Shown: positions 9,574-17,613 of the stretch, piece by piece
Layout: every line of letters starts with the position of its first letter
How positions within the stretch are numbered: the first letter of the stretch is position 1
Source of the DNA: Nitriliruptoraceae bacterium
GTDB taxonomy: Bacteria; Actinomycetota; Nitriliruptoria; Nitriliruptorales; Nitriliruptoraceae
Assembly: GCA_007120565.1 (NCBI GenBank)
Contig: SKNK01000420.1
Location: 1 to 26,345 of the forward strand
Direction of reading: 5' to 3'
DNA length: 26,345 nt
Notes under the pieces: generated by a model
The model's input: the letters and a program-made list of their open reading frames with translations, nothing else
Database searches by the model: none
Told to the model about the DNA's origin: nothing
Translations under genes and position numbers: made by a program

Positions 9574-9579
9574 ATGGTA
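9574..9579 (-). promoter_or_regulatory. Putative -10 box TACCAT for the 7TM-HD/ATL unit
   Basis: The CCGTACCATG context is identical to the -10 upstream of sigma paralog 1. No clear -35. Confidence 0.5.
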
Positions 9580-9686
9580 CGGCCACGGCGGCGGCCACGC
9601 CCCCGCGTCGAGGAGGCTGGCTCGGCATCGCTACGCTTCCCCAGACCCCAGGTGAGGAGCCCAACGGGGTCTACCGGGAGGATCGT

Positions 9687-10628
9687 GTGCCCTTGACCAT
9701 GACCCCGTCGCCCTGGGTCGAGCTCTCACGTGAGGATTGGGCCGCGCGTCGCTCGTCGACACCGCTGTCGCTCACCGAGGAGGATCTCGCCCACCTCCGC
9801 GGCCTCAACGAGGACATCTCGCTCGAGGAGGTCGCCGAGATCTACCTCCCCCTGTCGCGGCTGCTGAACCTGTACGTCGCGGCCACCCAGGAACTGCACC
9901 GGGCGACGGGAACCTTCCTGGGTTCGGAGACGGCCAAGGTTCCCTACGTGATCGGGATCGCGGGTTCGGTCGCCGTCGGCAAGTCGACCACCTCGAGGAT
10001 CCTGCAGGCGCTGCTATCACGCTGGCCGGATCACCCGGAGGTCTCCCTGGTCACCACCGACGGGTTCCTGTTCCCCAACGCCGAACTCGAACGCCGTGGG
10101 CTCATGGAACGCAAGGGTTTCCCCGAGTCCTACGACGTCGCGAACCTGGTCCGCTTCATCGGTGAGGTCAAGTCCGGCGAAGCCGAGGTGGTCGCTCCGG
10201 TCTACTCGCACCTCACCTACGACATCGTCCCGGGCGAGCAGACCGTGGTCAGGCAGCCCGACGTGCTGATCCTCGAGGGGCTCAACGTCCTGCAGTCTGG
10301 AGGGAGCACCTCGGACCGGCGGGTGTTCGTTTCCGATTTCTTCGACTTCTCCATCTACGTCGACGCCGCCGAGGAGGACGTCCTGCGGTGGTACGTCGAA
10401 CGTTTCCGCACCCTGCGCTCGACGGCGTTCTCCGACCCGCGGTCGTACTTCCACCGTTACGCCTCCCTCGCTGACGATGAGGCGGATCGGGTCGCCACCG
10501 ACATCTGGCAGCGCATCAACGGACGCAACCTCGAGCGCAACATCCTGCCGACCCGTTCACGCGCGGACCTGATCCTCCACAAGGGCCCGGACCACGGCGT
10601 CACCTCGGTCCACCTGCGCAAGATCTAG
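9687..10628 (+). CDS. coaA: Type I pantothenate kinase
   Basis: P-loop GSVAVGKST, plus [22 protein letters not shown] and [20 protein letters not shown] upstream. Confidence 0.97.
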   Translation: MPLTMTPSPWVELSREDWAARRSSTPLSLTEEDLAHLRGLNEDISLEEVAEIYLPLSRLLNLYVAATQELHRATGTFLGSETAKVPYVIGIAGSVAVGKSTTSRILQALLSRWPDHPEVSLVTTDGFLFPNAELERRGLMERKGFPESYDVANLVRFIGEVKSGEAEVVAPVYSHLTYDIVPGEQTVVRQPDVLILEGLNVLQSGGSTSDRRVFVSDFFDFSIYVDAAEEDVLRWYVERFRTLRSTAFSDPRSYFHRYASLADDEADRVATDIWQRINGRNLERNILPTRSRADLILHKGPDHGVTSVHLRKI

Positions 10629-10681
10629 GGCGAGACCGGACCGGCGGGGCAGCGACCCGCAGCATCCCTGCGCCGGCACCG

Positions 10682-11614
10682 TCACCGCGGGATGACGTCC
10701 GCGGGACCGGTTCCAACCGGATGCCAGCTGGCCAGGACCGAACGGATCGCGGTCACCACCGCCAGAGGCTGGTCGAGCAGGAGGTGGTGGCGGGCCTCGG
10801 GGACCTCGACGAAGGGCACGCCAGCCACGGCAGCGGGAGATCCGGCCAGCAGTTCGGCCATGTACGAGCGCACCTCGTCATCGACGATGTCGGACCGCTC
10901 GCCGTTGACGATGGCGATGCGGCAGGAGGCCGCCGCCAGAGCGTCGGCGTACTCGCTCGGCGACGCCGGCCCTTGCCGACGGGCGAACAGCAAGGGATCG
11001 AACTTCCAGGTCCAACCACCGTCCACCTCGCGCAGGCTGTGTTCGGCGATGTAGCGAACGAGCCAGGTGTTCTCGCAGGGCTGCGGTGGAACCAGGTGGA
11101 AGTGCTCCATGGCCGTTGCCAGGTCGGGATAGGTCTTGGGGGTCCGGAACATGCGTCCACCCCTACCTTCGTCCGACTCGGGGTCCGGCCTCCGGATCGG
11201 GGCATCCAGGACGATCGCACCGCGCAGATCGGCACCGTGCGTCGCCGCCGTGACGATCGTGACGAAGCCCCCCATCGAGTGGCCGACGACCACGGGCGGC
11301 TCACCGTTGGTGGCGTCCCGGGCCACAGCAAGGATCTCCTCAGCCCACCTCTCGGCGCGGTAGATCTCCCGGTGTCCGCTCTCGCCGTGACCCGTGAGGT
11401 CGATGGCCACCACGCGATGATGCGCCGCGAGCGCGGGAGCGATCGCGGTCCACCAGCGAGCGTGCGCCGCGCCGCCATGCACGAGCACCATCGGCGGAGC
11501 TTCTACATCGCCCCAGGCGATCCAGGCGTTGTGTGTGCCGTCGACGACGGTGCGACCGTGCTCGGGCTCGACCGCGAGCATGCGGTCGAACCACTCCGGC
11601 GGCTGTTCGTCCAT
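10682..11614 (-). CDS. Alpha/beta fold hydrolase
   Basis: HGGAAH oxyanion motif, GHSMG nucleophile elbow and C-terminal HHLLLDQP. GAGG SD before ATG 11614. Confidence 0.9.
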   Translation of the reverse strand: MDEQPPEWFDRMLAVEPEHGRTVVDGTHNAWIAWGDVEAPPMVLVHGGAAHARWWTAIAPALAAHHRVVAIDLTGHGESGHREIYRAERWAEEILAVARDATNGEPPVVVGHSMGGFVTIVTAATHGADLRGAIVLDAPIRRPDPESDEGRGGRMFRTPKTYPDLATAMEHFHLVPPQPCENTWLVRYIAEHSLREVDGGWTWKFDPLLFARRQGPASPSEYADALAAASCRIAIVNGERSDIVDDEVRSYMAELLAGSPAAVAGVPFVEVPEARHHLLLDQPLAVVTAIRSVLASWHPVGTGPADVIPR

Positions 11615-11737
11615 GCGGGCACCTCTGCGGTCGGTCGCGCTCGGTGACGGTTGCACACGGTGCCCGAGCGTAGTCCGCACGGAACGGGGAGCCTGCCAGC
11701 CGGACGTCACGGTCGGTCAACCGAACGCTGTAGCGTA

Positions 11738-11767
11738 ACGGCGCCGGGTGCCCCTACCCGGCGCCGT
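11738..11767. other. Perfect 12-bp inverted repeat in the hydrolase/EamA divergent region
   Basis: acggcgccgggt-gcccct-acccggcgccgt. Confidence 0.75.
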
Positions 11768-11804
11768 GGACAGCGTCCGCGGCGTTCGCCGCAGGAGTTG
11801 TGCC

Positions 11805-12740
11805 CTGACCGCCTCGCCTACGACCGCGACCCGCTTCGGACCAGCAGACATCGCTCTGCTGCTGGTCCTGGCCTCCATGTGGGGGCTGTCGTTCCTGTTC
11901 ATCGAGGTGGCGCTGCCCGTCGTCGCTCCGCTCTGGATCGTGGCAACGCGAGTGACGATCGGTGCGGCGGTCCTGCTCCTGATCGTGGCGATCCGCCGTG
12001 TTGCCCTGGCGAGGGACCTTCGGATGTGGGGCCACCTCGCCCTGCTCGGGGTGATGAACAACGCCGTCCCGTGGACCGCGGTGGCGTACGCCCAACGTTC
12101 GTTGCCTTCGGGTCTGACCGCCCTGCTGATGGCCATGGTCCCGATGAGCACACTGATCGTCTCGGTGATCGTCGGCCTGGAGCGGATCACGCCCCTGCGC
12201 CTGATCGGCCTGTTGGTGTCGCTCAGTGGCGTCGCGCTGATCGTGGTCGGCGACGTCGACGACCTCGGACGCCTGCTGGCCGTCTCCGTGGTGCTCAGCG
12301 CAACGGTGCTCTACGCCTCCGGCACCGTCTACGCGAAACGCAAGGTGTCGGGGGAACTGTCACCGCTAGCCCTGGCGACGGGCCAGGTGCTCTCGACCGC
12401 GGTGTTGCTGATCCCGGTCGCGCTGCTGCTCGAACCCCTGCCCGACCTCGGCGAGTTGACCCCGACGATCGTGGGGTCGCTCTCCGCCCTCGGAGCCCTG
12501 GGGACCGGGATCGCCTTCCTGGTCTTCTACTCGCTGATCGAACGCGTTGGAGCGACCAACGCCACCATGGTCACCTACCTGGTCCCCGTGGTGGCCGTGA
12601 TCGCCGGTGTCGTGATCCTCAACGAACGGCTCAGCCCCGCCGCACTCGTCGGCGGCGGAGTCGTCGTGCTCGGGATCTACCTGACACAGCGCGCCCTACC
12701 GAAGACGCCTGCCGAAGCCTTCGAGCGGGCCCACCGCTGA
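11805..12740 (+). CDS. EamA/DMT family transporter; start uncertain (CTG 11805, GTG 11766 or GTG 11748)
   Basis: Two EamA repeats, about 10 TM, MWGLSFLF, GTGIAFLVFYSLIERVGAT and VTYLVPVVA. The only strong SD (AGGAG 11793-11797) is 7 nt before an in-frame CTG. Confidence 0.88.
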   Translation: MTASPTTATRFGPADIALLLVLASMWGLSFLFIEVALPVVAPLWIVATRVTIGAAVLLLIVAIRRVALARDLRMWGHLALLGVMNNAVPWTAVAYAQRSLPSGLTALLMAMVPMSTLIVSVIVGLERITPLRLIGLLVSLSGVALIVVGDVDDLGRLLAVSVVLSATVLYASGTVYAKRKVSGELSPLALATGQVLSTAVLLIPVALLLEPLPDLGELTPTIVGSLSALGALGTGIAFLVFYSLIERVGATNATMVTYLVPVVAVIAGVVILNERLSPAALVGGGVVVLGIYLTQRALPKTPAEAFERAHR

Positions 12741-12779
12741 GTCGCACGACGCACCCGGCCGGACCGATGGCATAGCTCC

Positions 12780-12791
12780 AGGTCGCGACCT
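12780..12791. promoter_or_regulatory. Perfect 12-bp palindrome AGGTCGCGACCT overlapping the -35 zone of a putative promoter (-10 TAGGCT at 12807-12812)
   Basis: Read directly from the sequence. An operator role is inferred only. Confidence 0.35.
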
Positions 12792-12849
12792 CGGCAGCAT
12801 CAGCCATAGGCTCGCCCCAACCCCATCGGCCAGGAACGTCGAGGTAGCC

Positions 12850-13434
12850 GTGTCCGACCTCCCCGTGCTCCGCCGACTCCAGCGCCTGTGGGTGGTGTTC
12901 GTCGTCGTGGTCGTTTGCATCCTCGCCGCCCTCCCGCTGATCGACGTCGAGCCGTCAGAACTGCCCCTGGCGTTGTCGGCGACGCTGGCGGCCGCAGGCG
13001 GTGTGGGAGCGTTCATCGCCATCGTTGCGATCGACCTGACCTTCGCTGCGTCGCCGCCGTCCGATGACCTGCGCGCGTTGCAGGAGTACGAGGCGAGGAA
13101 GACCTTGGCGTTCGCGGTTGCGCAGGCTCCTGCCGTGCTCGGCTTCGCGCTCACGTTCGCGTTCGGCCAGCTGTCGCCAGCCGCGATCGGTGGCGTCTCG
13201 GCTGCGGCTTGCCTGATCCGAGCGAGACCGAGCCTGGGTGGTCTCCAGAGGCTGGAGGCAGCCTGGTCGAGAACCGGTCAGGACGTCTCCGCGCTACGCG
13301 CCGCCGAGCGGGGGCGGGATAGGACCCAACCACAAGGGACCTCGACTCCGGATACCAAGGTGCACGACGGCCGACCCGGCGGCGACAACGCCGAGACCGA
13401 CGAGGCCGACACGGAAACCGACGACCACCGCTGA
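12850..13434 (+). CDS. Hypothetical membrane protein (about 4 TM) with acidic C-terminal tail
   Basis: GAGG SD before the GTG, hydrophobic helices, GC3-biased codons, and it fills the gap before hemH. Confidence 0.75.
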   Translation: MSDLPVLRRLQRLWVVFVVVVVCILAALPLIDVEPSELPLALSATLAAAGGVGAFIAIVAIDLTFAASPPSDDLRALQEYEARKTLAFAVAQAPAVLGFALTFAFGQLSPAAIGGVSAAACLIRARPSLGGLQRLEAAWSRTGQDVSALRAAERGRDRTQPQGTSTPDTKVHDGRPGGDNAETDEADTETDDHR

Positions 13435-13463
13435 TCATCCATGGCTCGACGAGGAGCTCACCT

Positions 13464-14516
13464 GTGGCAACCCCCTACGACGCCGTCCTGCTGGTGTCCT
13501 TCGGCGGACCGGAAGCCCCCGAACACGTCCTGCCCTTCATGGAGAACGTCACTCGTGGCCGCAACATCCCCCGGGAACGGCTGGAGGAGGTCAGCCAGCA
13601 CTACTACCTGTTCGACGGTCGCTCCCCGATCAACGACCAGAACCGCGCGCTGAAGGCCGCACTCGAGGAGCTTCTCGCGGAGCGTGGGCCTGATCTCCCC
13701 GTCTACTTCGGCAACCGCAACTGGGACCCGCTGCTGCCTGACACGCTCCGCCAGATGCGTGACGACGGCATCGAACGAGCGCTCTGCTTCGTCACCTCGG
13801 CGTACTCGTCGTACTCGGGTTGCCGCCAGTATCGCGAGGACCTCGCTGCTGCCCGTGCTGAGGTCGGCGAGGGCGCTCCGGAACTCGACAAGATGCGCGT
13901 CTACTACAACCACCCGGGGTTCGTGGAGCCGCAGGTGGACCTCATCGCCGAGGCGCTCGAGAACCTGCCTGAGCAGCACCGCGCGGATGCCCGGATCGTG
14001 TTCACGACCCACTCGATCCCACTGACCATGTCTCGCCACTGCGACTACGAGGCCCAGCACTACGAGACCTGCCGTCTCGTGATGGAACGCCTCCCCGACC
14101 GTGAGTGGGACCTGGTCTTCAACTCGCGCTCCGGGCCCGAACACGTCCCGTGGCTGGTCCCCGACGTCAACGACCACCTCGAGGTACTCGCCGAGGAGGG
14201 CGTCCCCGCGGTCGTGATCGTCCCGGTGGGGTTCATCAGTGACCACATGGAGGTCATCTACGACCTCGACGTCGAGGCGGTGCAGACGGCCGAGAGGTTG
14301 GGGCTGCCCATGGCCCGTGCCGGCACCGTCGGTGTGGATCCGCGCTTCGTCGCGATGATCCGCGACCTGTTGCTGGAGCGGCTGGAGGACGCGCCGGCCC
14401 TGGCGCTTGGCACCCGGGGCCCCAACCACGACGCTTGCCCGACCGATTGCTGCTTCACCCCCGGCCAGCAACCCCGGGAGGTCGTCGCAGCGGCGGAGGG
14501 CGCGAAGCGGCCGTAG
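13464..14516 (+). CDS. hemH: Ferrochelatase (coproporphyrin ferrochelatase type)
   Basis: LLVSFGGPE, YFGNRNW, FTTHSIP, SRSG and PVGFISDHMEVIYDLD. C-terminal CPTDCC. SD GAGGAG. Confidence 0.96.
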   Translation: MATPYDAVLLVSFGGPEAPEHVLPFMENVTRGRNIPRERLEEVSQHYYLFDGRSPINDQNRALKAALEELLAERGPDLPVYFGNRNWDPLLPDTLRQMRDDGIERALCFVTSAYSSYSGCRQYREDLAAARAEVGEGAPELDKMRVYYNHPGFVEPQVDLIAEALENLPEQHRADARIVFTTHSIPLTMSRHCDYEAQHYETCRLVMERLPDREWDLVFNSRSGPEHVPWLVPDVNDHLEVLAEEGVPAVVIVPVGFISDHMEVIYDLDVEAVQTAERLGLPMARAGTVGVDPRFVAMIRDLLLERLEDAPALALGTRGPNHDACPTDCCFTPGQQPREVVAAAEGAKRP

Positions 14517-14622
14517 CCGAACGACGGACGACGATCAGACGGCCAGGTGACCCTGGCTGTGGCACGCGCCTCCTCGTACGATCGGTACCGGTTCGTTACA
14601 CCCAGCGACCAGGAGGCTCCCG

Positions 14623-14898
14623 ATGGCTCAGCACGTAGGTTCTCGCGAACGTCGCGGTGCAGCGGCGGTCGAGGCCGCGATCGAGGAGTTCGAACTGCGT
14701 ACCCGAGTGGACGAGCCTGACGGCTCGGTCGCCGAGCCCGGCAGCTACGACCTGGGGTGGGCAGCCGGCCGTATCGATGCCGCCCGACGGGCTGCGGACG
14801 CCGACGTCATCACCTCCGATGAGGCACTGGAGTGGTTGGCGAGCGAGGTCGGCCGCGAGCTGCCGGACGAGGGACTCGAGGACGAGCACGACCGTTGA
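14623..14898 (+). CDS. Small acidic hypothetical protein (91 aa)
   Basis: SD AGGAGG 6 nt before the ATG, a TACGAT -10 at 14577-14582, and coding-like codon bias. No family recognised. Confidence 0.75.
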   Translation: MAQHVGSRERRGAAAVEAAIEEFELRTRVDEPDGSVAEPGSYDLGWAAGRIDAARRAADADVITSDEALEWLASEVGRELPDEGLEDEHDR

Positions 14899-14928
14899 GG
14901 CTTCGGCCGACGCGCTAGCTTGGGCACC

Positions 14929-15609
14929 ATGGAGATCCTCTTACTACGTCATGCCCAGCCCGAGTGGAACCGCGACGGTCTGTCGCAGGTCGATCCCGGC
15001 CTGACCGAGAAGGGGCGCCGTCAGGCGGCGCTCGCCGCCGAACGTCTGGCGGATGAACGGTTCGATGAACTGCTCGTCTCGACGGCCACCCGTTCGCAGG
15101 AGACCGCGGTCCCGGTGCGCGAACAGCATCCGGAGACGCCGACCCGGGATCGCGCCTGGCTCCACGAGATCCGCATGCCGGGCTCGTGGGAAGGGACCCC
15201 GGCCGAGGAGGTCGAGCGAGCGTTCGCCGAAGCCCGGGACCGTCCTCGTGAGGTCTGGTGGGAAGGGATGCCAGGAGGCGAGAGCTTCCGGGACTTCCAC
15301 GCGCGGGTCACGATCGGCCTCGAGGCCGAACTCGCGGAGTCCGGGGTCACCTACGACCCCGAGCTCGGCCTGTGGAACGTCCCACGTGACGCGCCCCGCC
15401 TGCTGATGGTCGCGCATGCCGGCACCAACTCGGTGGTGTTGGGCAGGTTGTTGGGCCTGCAGCCTCAGCCGTGGGAGTGGGAGCGCTTCGCGTCGAACCA
15501 CGCCTCCTTGACGGTGCTGCGTTCAGCTCCGATCGGTGGCGCGCACATCTTCAGCCTGCAATCCTTCAGCGACGTCTCGTACTTCCCCCCGGAGCTGGTA
15601 ACGGCCTAG
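14929..15609 (+). CDS. Histidine phosphatase (phosphoglycerate mutase superfamily), probably on a leaderless mRNA
   Basis: LLRHAQ phospho-His motif, GLTEKGRRQA, GGESF and VAHAG. TAGCTT (14916-14921) lies 7 nt before the ATG and there is no SD. Confidence 0.92.
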   Translation: MEILLLRHAQPEWNRDGLSQVDPGLTEKGRRQAALAAERLADERFDELLVSTATRSQETAVPVREQHPETPTRDRAWLHEIRMPGSWEGTPAEEVERAFAEARDRPREVWWEGMPGGESFRDFHARVTIGLEAELAESGVTYDPELGLWNVPRDAPRLLMVAHAGTNSVVLGRLLGLQPQPWEWERFASNHASLTVLRSAPIGGAHIFSLQSFSDVSYFPPELVTA

Positions 15610-15810
15610 GTCCGACCTTCGGCTGCCCACAGCGGGTTCTGGGGCCGACCAACCCCTTCAGGCACTCCTTGGGCTCAAGCGGGGGCAACGGCCGAGGGCC
15701 GGTTGGACGGTTGCCCTACTCTCGCCGGAGGGGATGACGTGCGAGACTCCGCGCCTGCGGGCCTTCTTCGTTCCGGTCGACCTCGCCCCGCTGTCCCTCA
15801 TGGAGTTGTG

Positions 15811-17076
15811 ATGTCCACCCCCGTCGAAGAGACCTGGGGTCCGCCGGTCGAGCGGCGGACTAGGAAGCGTCTCTGGACCAAGATCCTGGTCATCTTGGTC
15901 GTGCTCCTCCTGCTCGCGGCGATCATCTTCCCCTGGTGGGCGTCGAACCAGATGGCCCGGGTCGAGGTCACCAACCTGGCCGACCGCTCGGGCGGCCCGC
16001 TCCATGTACTCGTCGCGGGGTCGGACAGCCGGGAGGAGATGACCCCCGAGGAACAGGCGGAGCTCGGCACGGGCAGCACCGAGGGTGAACGCACCGACAC
16101 GATCTTCGTCATGACGATCGAGGGCGGCGAGGTGGCGTTGCTGTCCTTCCCTCGCGACCTGTGGGTCGAGCGCTGCGATGGGTCGATGGGACGCATCAAC
16201 GCCGCGACCGCGATCGACGGCCCAGGCTGCCTGGTACAGACCGTTCGGGACGTCTCCGGCATCGACGTCCACCACTACGTCGAGGTGACCTTCTCCGGCT
16301 TCCGCGACGTGGTTGACGCGGTCGGTGGCGTGGAACTCTGCCTCGAGGAGCCGATAAGCGATCGCGACGCACACATCGACCTCCCCGCCGGCTGTCAGGT
16401 GTTGGACGGGGCCGATGCCCTGGGCTACGTCCGGGTACGCAAGATCGACAACGACCTCATGCGCATCCGACGTCAGCAGGAGTTCGTCCAAGCCCTGGCC
16501 CGGGAGGTGGTCTCGGCCGGGACGCTGACCAACCCCTTCCGGTTGGCCTCGCTCGTCCAGGACACCGGGGACGCGGTCCGTGTCGACCAGGCGATGGGAC
16601 CGATCTCGATGGGCAGGCTCGCCTGGGGAGGCCGGGGGCTGGCGTCCGGGAGGATGGTGACCCACACGGTCCCGGTCGACCCTCGCGTCACCTCGGGTGG
16701 CGCGTACGTCCTGGAGATGCGTGTCGGCGAGGCTGAACAACTGTTCGCGGCCTTCCGCAGCGGCGCCATCCTCGATGAGGCCACCGGCGATGATCCGGAC
16801 GCACTCGACCCCGCAGACGTCCAGGTCGCGGTGCTCAACGGTGCCGGTGTCGCGGGCCTGGCCGGTAGCGTGAGCGATCAGCTGTCCGAGCGTGGCTTCG
16901 ACGTCGTCGAGGTGGGCAACACCTCGTCGCGCGACGCCACGGTGATCCAGCACCCTCCCGGCGAACGCGAGGCGGCCCAACTGGTCGCCGACCAGGCTCC
17001 GGGTGCCGCGACCTTGGAGGAGAGCAGCGACGTCACGGTCGTGACGGTGCTGCTCGGCACCGATGCAGGAGGCTGA
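15811..17076 (+). CDS. LCP (LytR-CpsA-Psr) family protein with C-terminal LytR_C domain
   Basis: N-terminal TM, LVAGSDSR, RTDTI, LSFPRDLWV, RINAA, ALGYVRVR, D..RIRRQQ and VAVLNG. An alternative in-frame GTG at 15739 also has an SD. Confidence 0.93.
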   Translation: MSTPVEETWGPPVERRTRKRLWTKILVILVVLLLLAAIIFPWWASNQMARVEVTNLADRSGGPLHVLVAGSDSREEMTPEEQAELGTGSTEGERTDTIFVMTIEGGEVALLSFPRDLWVERCDGSMGRINAATAIDGPGCLVQTVRDVSGIDVHHYVEVTFSGFRDVVDAVGGVELCLEEPISDRDAHIDLPAGCQVLDGADALGYVRVRKIDNDLMRIRRQQEFVQALAREVVSAGTLTNPFRLASLVQDTGDAVRVDQAMGPISMGRLAWGGRGLASGRMVTHTVPVDPRVTSGGAYVLEMRVGEAEQLFAAFRSGAILDEATGDDPDALDPADVQVAVLNGAGVAGLAGSVSDQLSERGFDVVEVGNTSSRDATVIQHPPGEREAAQLVADQAPGAATLEESSDVTVVTVLLGTDAGG

Positions 17077-17077
17077 C

Positions 17078-17602
17078 GTGACAACCCTCACCGTCCTGAT
17101 GGTCTGTCTCGGCAACATCTGTCGCTCCCCCACCGCCGAGGCCGCGCTGGTCGAGGCCGCCACCGAAGCGGGACTCGACCTGCAGGTCCGATCGGCCGGC
17201 ACCGGTGGTTGGCACGTCGGTGCACCACCGGACCCGCGGATGACCGACGCCGCTGCTCAGGTCGGGCTCCACCTCGATGGCGAGGCAGCACAGGTCGACG
17301 CGTCCTCCCTGGAGCAGGCCGACATCGTGTTCGCGATGGACCGGAGCAACCTGCGGGATCTGCAGCGCCTGGCAGCTGCCCACGACGTCTCCACGCCCAT
17401 CCAGCTGTTCCGGGACTTCGACCCGCAGCCGGGAGACGGCGAGGTCCCCGACCCCTACTACGGCGGCCCCGATGGCTTCGCCGAGGTGGTCGCGATCTGT
17501 CGTCGTACGGCCCTCGAGGTGGTCCGCCGGATCGTCGATGGCGAACTCGGTGATGGCACCGCAGTCACCGCCTCCCATGATGACGTCGACCGTCCCTCCT
17601 GA
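17078..17602 (+). CDS. Low-molecular-weight protein-tyrosine phosphatase
   Basis: P-loop CLGNICRS, SAGT and DPYYG. SD AGGAGG, with the GTG 1 nt after the LCP stop. Confidence 0.95.
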   Translation: MTTLTVLMVCLGNICRSPTAEAALVEAATEAGLDLQVRSAGTGGWHVGAPPDPRMTDAAAQVGLHLDGEAAQVDASSLEQADIVFAMDRSNLRDLQRLAAAHDVSTPIQLFRDFDPQPGDGEVPDPYYGGPDGFAEVVAICRRTALEVVRRIVDGELGDGTAVTASHDDVDRPS

Positions 17603-17613
17603 CCCGACGACGC

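Noticed and set aside
11656-11672. Leaderless uORF before the alpha/beta hydrolase (TACGCT, 8 nt, GTG)
   Set aside because: It runs long and out of frame into the gene with no stop/start coupling. It is likely chance, and shows that such GTG placement can be accidental.
12780-15784. Recurrent AGGTC/GACCT half-sites (12780, 15608, 15775) as one regulon
   Set aside because: The spacers differ (2, 1 and 0 nt), and GGTC/GACC is very frequent in this genome.
15610-15800. Minus-strand resemblance to SAM-IV (GGCAACC.TCCAACCG), SRP (GGTC..CCGGAA.GAAG) and c-di-AMP/ydaO (CCC.GAACCCG) motifs
   Set aside because: The fragments are out of order or cannot form the required stems, and no downstream gene lies on that strand.
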